A stretch of 56,591 nt of DNA, filler included, from Sphacelaria rigidula (taxonomy: Eukaryota), in NCBI GenBank assembly GCA_964200075.2. It is 5 parts of 5 records of this genome, joined end to end, with 100 filler letters (N's around TTAATTAATTAA, not from the genome) between each part and the next. Parts side by side here need not be neighbours in the genome. Positions count along the whole stretch, not along the records: positions 45,355 to 56,591 come from CAXNAA020005189.1; 4 more parts are not named here. One strand, given 5' to 3'. This document shows, piece by piece, positions 48,899 to 56,591 of this stretch. The position numbers and the translations under genes are program-made. The notes below the pieces were generated by a model, which saw only the letters and a list, made by a program, of their open reading frames with translations, was not told the origin of the DNA and searched no databases. Every line of letters begins with the position of its first letter. The first letter of the stretch is position 1.

Positions 48899-50858
48899 TA
48901 CATATTTTTGAACGACAGTGCGTTAAGGTGTGTGAGCGAGTGTGTGGCGAGTGGAGAGTGAAGTAGAGAGAAGAGAGAGCCCCCGTCGCGCTGGCGGCGG
49001 ACGGCTTGTCCAGACGGGGGAGCCCGTCGCGCACGTGCAAGTATTCATCGTGTAGGGTCGCTGCGTGTATTGGTTATTGGTTATACCGTGGAGTGACACC
49101 AAAGCCTTGTCAGGCCGAACTTTGATTTGCCCAATGTCACCTCGTTAACCACGTCGATAATTTACATGTGCAGCATGTACATTTTCCGCGAGGATGACGA
49201 TCGTCAAGAGTCGCTTGCTTATTTATTTGACGTGAAACGTGTGTTCTCTTCGGTTGCGCACGTTGTCCATATGCTAGCTCGTCCTGGCGGTATCATGTAT
49301 TACGATCGGTGCCGTCCTCTGTACCATGGCTTCGGCGGTTGGGCGCCTCATACCTACCTTCAACGAACGGAAAACATCTGAGGAGCGAGGCCGTCCGCAG
49401 CCGCAGACCTCCGTGGCCTCTGGTGAGTGGATGTTGCTGTCCTCATGCGCCTCTTACAGTCTTACGCCAAAATAAAAAAAATAAAAAACCGGAACAGAAT
49501 CCGACATCTTTTCACCTCAATACGCACGCACACACCGCGCAACGCCAGATTCAGCAAGATGGGGCTGTTGTCTGTAGTCTACATGACATGTGGTCGAAGT
49601 TTCAGCACGTAAAAGCACGAACAGCGCTTGCACGGCCGTGTCTCCTGAAGTGAGCACCTCTACAGGCGATACCAAGATAGGTAACGCGTAGAATGACATC
49701 ATCCAGAGTGTGCGCAATACGGATCGATGTGTTCGTTTGCCGGGGCAGGAGCCACCCAGCAGGAAGTGAGCGTATCTGCGTGTCAAGATATGCATCCACT
49801 GACGTCTCACGCAGTCTGGGCCGAGGGAACGGCGTTTTGAGGGCGTATCGATGGCATTGCCCAAAATCCGTATTTTGCTTCGTGCAACTAGCGCACCACG
49901 TAAAACGTGCCGCCGCTCCGGGAATATGCTGTCTGTGTTGTGGTTTACCTCTGTGCCAAGTTTCAGGCTGGTTACAACAGACACGGCGGAGAAATCCACA
50001 AGCAAAATAATCCTTGATTTGTACTGAAGATACAGTACTGAATCCTGTTAAACCGTCGAAAGATACATGAGGTGCGTATGATTTTTGTATGCGGGAATCT
50101 TGGCAGTTGACTTGCTTTTGTTTTTTGGCGTAAGACTGGTTATAGATTACCCTCTGAGAGAAAATGATATCACTTGGGCCCGTGTTCTCGGTCATCGTCA
50201 CATGTGCTTTCGTGGTTTCTCCACAGTCGAAGAGATGCGAACATCAGCATCATCCACTGAGCAGCGGCAGCAAGTGTTCCCGCTGCAAGGTCAGAGCTGC
50301 GCTGCATCGCTCATCGCAACTTGACACCCACGAGGTCAAGAGATACCGTGTAGGGCTGGCCCAGCCGCGTGTTGCACGGGCGAGTACGTGTAAGCGATTG
50401 GCTGCCTTCTGCATAAAACGATGTCGCCAGTGGCGGCGGTTTGCTGCATCCACTGACTTGTGTGACTGTAGTTGGAACGTCTGCTGGTACTTGAAAAAAA
50501 CAAAAGTGGTGAAGCCTCATAGCATCCATCACAACCCTCGCTTGCCCTGGGCGGGGGATGGCACAAAGAGGACTCCAGCTCTACGCAACGTTGGCGCGCT
50601 TTTCCTTGGTGCTGCAGTTAAACCGACGCGGGCTCACGTGCTTGGTGTTTCACGAAATATCATGTACAGAGAGAGTGACTGGTGGCTGTAGACTCTCGCC
50701 GAAATTCCCACGGGGGCATCAACGAAAGCGTCGACTTCGCCTATTGATCATCTGCTCTCATGCGATTGTGTTCTGCGCGAGTCTCGGGTTAATCGCCCTT
50801 TCCCGCTCTTGCCCCACGTTCACCTGTCAAATCAAAACTCTAATGGCAAAACAACGAC

Positions 50859-53800
50859 GTGGTTATTGAGGCAGTGCGAACATCGGTGCCGTCGGATGCG
50901 CCTCGTCGAACCACCCGAGATTCTAGTGACGCTCCTGCAAAAGCTGAGGTCGAAGCCCGTTTGACAGAGGCAGACCTGAACGAGGAGGAAAAGGAAGCCG
51001 CACGGAGAGCAGCTCGACATACTGTAGACGAGGCGTTGAAGCAGCCCGGGGGTATACCGCCCCTGTTCCCCCACAAACTGCCAGAGTCTTGCACCGTCAT
51101 CGTGGAAGGGTTGCCGCTGGTGGGACCCAAGCAGCAAAGATGTTGCAAAGTCGATTTCAATAATCAAGTGTACCTACGGAGTGTCAGGGCCGAGGAAGAG
51201 GCAGCGAGGATTGCAAATGGCGGAGCGCAGGATAAGCATGATCAGCTGGAGAGATCGTCGGATAATGACGAGGAAGATCCAGACGGGGGGGGGCTCCGGC
51301 GAAGACGAGCAAAGAGCAGACGGCTTGTTGAAGTTGATGCTGCTGCTGACGCTGGTCCTGACGGCGATGGTAATGCAGAGGGACGGAAGTCGGCGACGCT
51401 GCCGATAGACCCAATTGAGCACGGTGCGAGCAGCGACCCGAAGGTAGTGTGCTACCCGAGCTTTGTTATCGCTGGGACGCAGAAGAGCGGCACCACGGCT
51501 CTCACAGGTGAGTTGTGCAGCCAGAGGGATTCGCCTATCTTAGACGTCCTCCATAGGTGGCAGGGTGGCATGACATCCGCGGTAGATGTATCGTCCGAAT
51601 GGTGTGGAGATAGCAAGGCCGCGCATACCAGAGATTCCGAAATATCCCGGCAAGATATTCCCAATGGCATCTCCGGCCAAACAGAGGCCGATCAATGAAC
51701 TGACCGGTGGTTCACCATTTAGTCAAATACACCATTCTGGAGTGCATTGTAAAGCCGTTAATGTGAGTATTTGTGCGCTTAGCCGTGGTTTGGTAGTATA
51801 CACCACGTTTGATGTCTTCAGTTCTGTGGCTTGATGTGACTTGACCATCTTCCGAACTGCCCTATTGAGGAAGGAGCACGCGGAATACCATCAGTGCCTG
51901 TGTCTTCCTCCCTACTTGTCGGCCAACTAACCCAAATGACCCACATCTCTTGCACACGGTTGCCGTACTGAAACAGTAGTCGGGAGATTCTGTTCACGAA
52001 CGAATGAGAACATGGCGTTCAAGCATGGTTTACCTGTCAAAATAGTACAGAAACGAGTCGTGAAGATCCCCGTTGTTTGAAACGTGTGTTTTTTTGTCGT
52101 GTCAGACCGTCTTCGGGAACCAATATCTATTCGTACAAGTGCGAGGGTTTCAGCCCGTCTATGGGCGGTTTTCTCCCGTCGATTGATACCAGTCCGTTGG
52201 ACAATATTTTTCGGCTAGCTGTGAACACATCAGATCAATTCTCCGATTCTCTGGACGCTGACTTCTGGTATATTACCTTCCTGCTCAAATCGAGACACGC
52301 CCGCATAGGCTTAGCTAACCCAGTCCCTTTAAGGTTTCCAGATCCGTTCCCGATTGTGTCCAGTGCGGAAAGAAACAGCGTTGTTCCACCACGCGTTGTT
52401 CCACGGAAGTCTCTGCTGTGGATTTTTCCCAAGGTCCCGAAGTGGTCGTTGTGGGCAGGCAAGCTCCGTTATTCACTCTTTTTTGGGCTCCTTTCATCTC
52501 TTGATAAGACACGGCGTGCCATGAGTACTAAAGTCGTCACGAACAGTTGAGACGGCCGGTCATATGTCGACAAAAACAGGGTCCTTCGAACGACTAAAAG
52601 TCAATAATATTGCGCTTCACAACTGCATCTCTCCCAAATTGCCCGATGGTTACTTCGCGCAGTACCTCATCTTATTGCCTCATGTCCTCATCGCGCCATG
52701 CTCCACAACCGCTTCATGTATTGTACCCCACGATTGCCATGTGTGCCCTTACTACTCCTACAACCGTTTTTGTGCATTGCGAACGCCCTGTAGGGCAAAA
52801 TTCCCTTGACATAGTCGCGCGGTGCGCGTAAGCGAAAGCTGTTGGACGGAGGGGCTTAGCTGTTGTATTCCTTGATTTGGCAACTTGTTGTGCTGTTTGC
52901 GCACATGTGCGCACAGCGATCGTGCGGTGTGTCAATCACTCCGCAGTGGTCTCGTTTGTTTAGAGTGAAAATCACCGATAGCGAGGTCTCCAGGCCGTAG
53001 AAAGAGGCAATCAAAAGCGTTGGAGATATTCTGCGGTCATTTGGTTTTGTACCGTGTGGCGGGTTTAGCCGGCGCCTGTGGAAGGCCAATAGGGGTCACA
53101 TGTGAGTGAACTTTGAACGCAAGGGGGGCCAAAATAGGACAGCGGGGATACAAGATAAACGTAGTAGTTGGTGGTGGATATTTCTACCTCATTGTTGGAC
53201 GAGAGAGCGTATATTGCGAGGCCCTTGTGATATGCGGTGCTGTTGGGCTCTAAGCCGCGACCTTTTTTCACGAAAGTTGGTGTACATGCTGTGCGTGTGC
53301 TGTGGGCGCCTTGACTTTGCGCCGGGATTAATTTCTGGGAGGTTTGGGCCTAGCATGAACAGCTCCACGTTGCGCGTTTACCTGTACCCACTTTGGGGGT
53401 GAAATCGATGGTGCTGTGCCCACTTGTGTACATCGGCCTATATTTATATATATTTTCTCCTGGAACGGTGCTATATATGCCCCGATTGATGTGCCCGAGG
53501 AGCTCAAAGTGAAAACGATGCTGTTATCGTGTTTCACCGTTTCCGTGTAGTTCAAGAAATATTGTGCCATGCCAAGGCGAAACACATGAAGGTATATCTC
53601 TGACAGTCTGAAGCATGTACTTTCACCTCGTATGTGAGCATGAGAGGGTTTGGTTTTTCGCTCTTGGTGTGTTTTTAGACTTGTTATTTGTACCCTGAGT
53701 CCAGGTGTCACTTTCATGACGGTGTGTTCGGCCTCTTTATGTTTTAGTCCCCCTACGTGTTTCATTCGTCCTTCTCTGCTCGTTTGTGCCACTCTGCCGT

Positions 53801-55098
53801 AGCTATACTGGAGCAGCACCCGTCTGTACGCATGGCTGCGAGGAAGGAGCTCCATTTCTTCGACAATAAGCCTCAGTTTTCCTCGAGCAAGATGCAGACC
53901 AACTACCCCTACAACTTTCCGAGGCAAGACAGTTATGTACTAGTCCTCTTATATACTAGTCACGCTGCTTATAAATGTGGGCGCGTTTTGGGAAGGCTCT
54001 GTTACCGCCGGCTCCCTTGCTGTCTAGACTACCCTGTGTTGTCGTGTTGTCTGTGCCTTTGTCGCCTGGCTACCTTCGATTTGTTCGTGCTGCCGTCCCG
54101 ACATGTGTAGTGTGTGTACTTTTCGTACTTCCTTGCTCCTATTCTCAGTCCCAATTTTATCTGTGTATATCCGTATCGCCCTGGCTCTTGCGCTTTACTG
54201 CCTTGGCTCTAACACCTACTGCTCTACTGATTTGCTGTCCTCGCATGGTTGACTTCCTACGTTTATAGGTTGTTGGGTGTACAAAGCTGTCTGATTTGAC
54301 CTGCTTCCCCCACGAGTGAGAGGGCCCGACTGACGTTTTTATTCACTGTGCCCGTGATCTATGCCTCCTCTTGCGAAGTTTCAATGCTTCTTTGGCAACT
54401 AGGCACTCAGCGCCCTACATCTCCGGAGAAGCAACACCGTTCTACTTGGCCAGTAGAAACGCCTGCCAAAACCTGCGACAGCTGGTGAGAAGGAAGAAGA
54501 TGAAAACGAACGATGGCAAACCTCGGTATCCACCATGGTGTACAGGGGTTGGCGTTCATGGTAGGGTTGGTAATCGTCCTTGGTTGTGACTGTATCCATC
54601 CCTATCATACACTCCCTATCATACACTTGGCAGCACGGATTAACACGGTGTGGACTTGACCTCAAATTTTCCCTCCCCACTCCCAACCATCTTCCGATTT
54701 TTGGCGCTTCTTTTCTTCGCATACTGCATTTGCAGCTTCCCGATGTTCGGCTGATCATCCTAGTCCGAGACCCTGTGAAGCGAGCGTACAGCGAGTACCA
54801 AATGAAGGTAGTGTGCAGGGGTCGAGTAGTATTTTGTTTGGCCTGTATGAGCGTGGATGCCGTCGGTGTGGTGTGAACCCTCCTTGTTACGCCACACTCT
54901 TCCCGTGTCGTGATCATCTTCACCATGCTTTTCTAATATCGTTTCCGACTGGATAATGCACTGTTGGCATTTTTTCTCCCAGGTTCGTCGCGTAAGGGAG
55001 CAAGAAGAAATGTTCAAGCTGATGGAAAGAGACGCCGCCAAAGTATACTCTTGCTTTGTAGAAGCGTTTCCCTCTGCCGGCCAACCAAGCACTTCAAG
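50859..55098 (+). CDS. PAPS-dependent sulfotransferase (Sulfotransfer_1 family, heparan-sulfate 3-O-sulfotransferase-like); both ends incomplete
   Basis: Spliced exons ~50859-51507, 53803-53923, 54403-54484, 54736-54807 and 54983-55098 give PSFVIAGTQKSGTTALTAILEQHP...KELHFFD...GEATPFY...LPDVRLIILVRDPVKRAYSEY (5'-PSB and 3'-PB motifs) with matching intron phases. A further exon is possible at ~56334-56416. Confidence 0.92.
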
Positions 55099-56591
55099 GT
55101 GAAGTCAGTCAGGACTAGGCCTCGTATGAAGGGAAAGTGTTATCGTGTCGCTCGATAGATTGTGATGGTTATGGCCATACAACGTGGCGCTGTATCGGCT
55201 CACAGGGCAAATGTTTCGAAAATAATGGAAAGCGGTATAGCGACGGGAATCACTTCACCCCTGAGGCACTCTCAGGTTTTTGTCTTTGGTGGTACGGTGG
55301 TACAACACCTCAGGGATCGAAGAACATTTCGAATGAAAGCTCTCTCGATGGGCTTCCCACTCCTGCATCAGTTACCTCGGTAGGCACGTGGTGTCAAGCG
55401 CTCCGAAGGACGCAAAGACGTGTATCGGCACAATGAAGAATGCTTTTGTTTCGGCAGTTGTGTCGATCAAAGCATATTCAAACGCGAGAGTCACGGATGC
55501 TCTCATTCCCCCGCTGAGATGATGTCAAGTGACAGGGGCCCACGATTTATATGCCATGACTCCCGCCACCTCAACGTAATTTTGTTTGTAGTGCCCACAC
55601 TTGTATGAGATTTCAATTCGTTACTCCCGCTCCGACGGGGATTAAGCGGGACTGGGAAAAGCAGGAACGAATGAAGAATATTTTGCATCCGTGGAACAAG
55701 ACAAGTTTGTGTTGTGTGTGACTCGGCATCAAGCGGCTTCGTGGGGTACAATGGTGTTGTCGGAGTAGAATGGACCACTTGTAGATTAGTGTGACAGCGG
55801 TACTGACAGGTGCGTGATGCATGCTCTTGAGGTAGTACGCCTATTATTTGGTGAACCCTTCACCTACCGTATCTCCGTGCTGCATGTGTCGGCTTTTGTG
55901 CCCGTCATCCGTCTGTGCAGCGCTGCAACGCCTGTTGACTGTGGATGCTATACGAGTGGCTCTATATACGTGTCCATCGGTCGTGGCTGCCAGACTCTTT
56001 TCGGTTGTGGTGTAGCGTTGGTTGCTGCTTTACCGCGGACGGCGATAAGTGGTATTTCATAGGGCAGTCCGTGGTAAGGTTAAGGGTGATGTTCCAATAG
56101 GTTCCTGTCCCCTATTCCCTCTCCCTACCCCCCTCGCATACTGCCCTGTTTCGTTGACATGTGTTTTTGCTGCCCTGTGTGATGCAGTAGCATTGTGTCG
56201 GCGTCCGACCGAACTTCCTGTCTTCCGTCTCTGTTGTGCTGTTCGTCTTCTTTGTTGAACCGACCCGACTTTGCTCTCCATGTGTTGTGACATTGGCCGT
56301 AGAGAGAGGGAATTGTTGTGGTTTCCGTTCAAGATCACCAAGGCCATCGGCGATTGTGCAGGAGAGGTGGGAGATCACGGGAAGTGGATGGAAGTGATGT
56401 TTGGCTTTGTCTCAAGGTCAGCGCCACTTTTCCAGTATGGTACAGCCGTTTTGATCCTCCCCCATAGGTTGAACCTCGAATGATGCAATCTCTTGCCCTT
56501 GCCCTTGTGCACCCATGTCATGGTCTCATGGCATCATACAGGCTGGTTCACGCTTATCACCCAAAAACATTCATCGGCAAAATTTCACGCC

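Noticed and set aside
49200..49300. AYLFDVKRVFSSVAH resembling a LINE RT 'D..KAFD.V' motif
   Set aside because: It is a single short match with no supporting neighbouring motifs.
52077..52550. 157-aa ORF and coding-like minus strand inside the sulfotransferase intron
   Set aside because: No recognisable domain, termini or splice support.
1..56591. A common element at the same offset in all five segments; tRNA, rRNA or Fanzor/TnpB genes
   Set aside because: Segment centres and edges share nothing, and I recognised no such genes by eye. A covariance-model or HMM scan would be needed to exclude them.

Overview
This is eukaryotic, intron-rich and transposon-dense DNA. Gene style and repeat types suggest a stramenopile such as a brown alga, but that is an inference. 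The window is not one locus: four identical 100-nt linkers (44 N + TTAATTAATTAA + 44 N) spaced exactly 11,338 nt apart join five ~11.24-kb pieces. Two host genes can be modelled with phase-consistent splicing: an 8-exon gene of unknown function (12046-20525, +) and a PAPS-dependent sulfotransferase (about 50859 to beyond 55098, +). The rest is largely mobile DNA: a 5'-truncated RTE-type LINE, a decayed Ty3/gypsy element, probable fossil KDZ/Zisupton-like and ISL2EU/Harbinger-like transposases, and many TIR elements (MITEs) with readable TA, TWA, 4-bp and 8-bp target-site duplications (TSDs). The most notable patterns are (i) trains of different Harbinger-like MITEs joined by single shared trinucleotides, (ii) one MITE body carrying two different terminal sequences, (iii) a fossil transposase plus Ulp1-like protease alongside 8-bp-TSD CACACCCTG elements, and (iv) a shared retroposon 3' stem-loop ending in different tails. 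I found no intact novel multi-gene system. All alignments and translations were done by eye.
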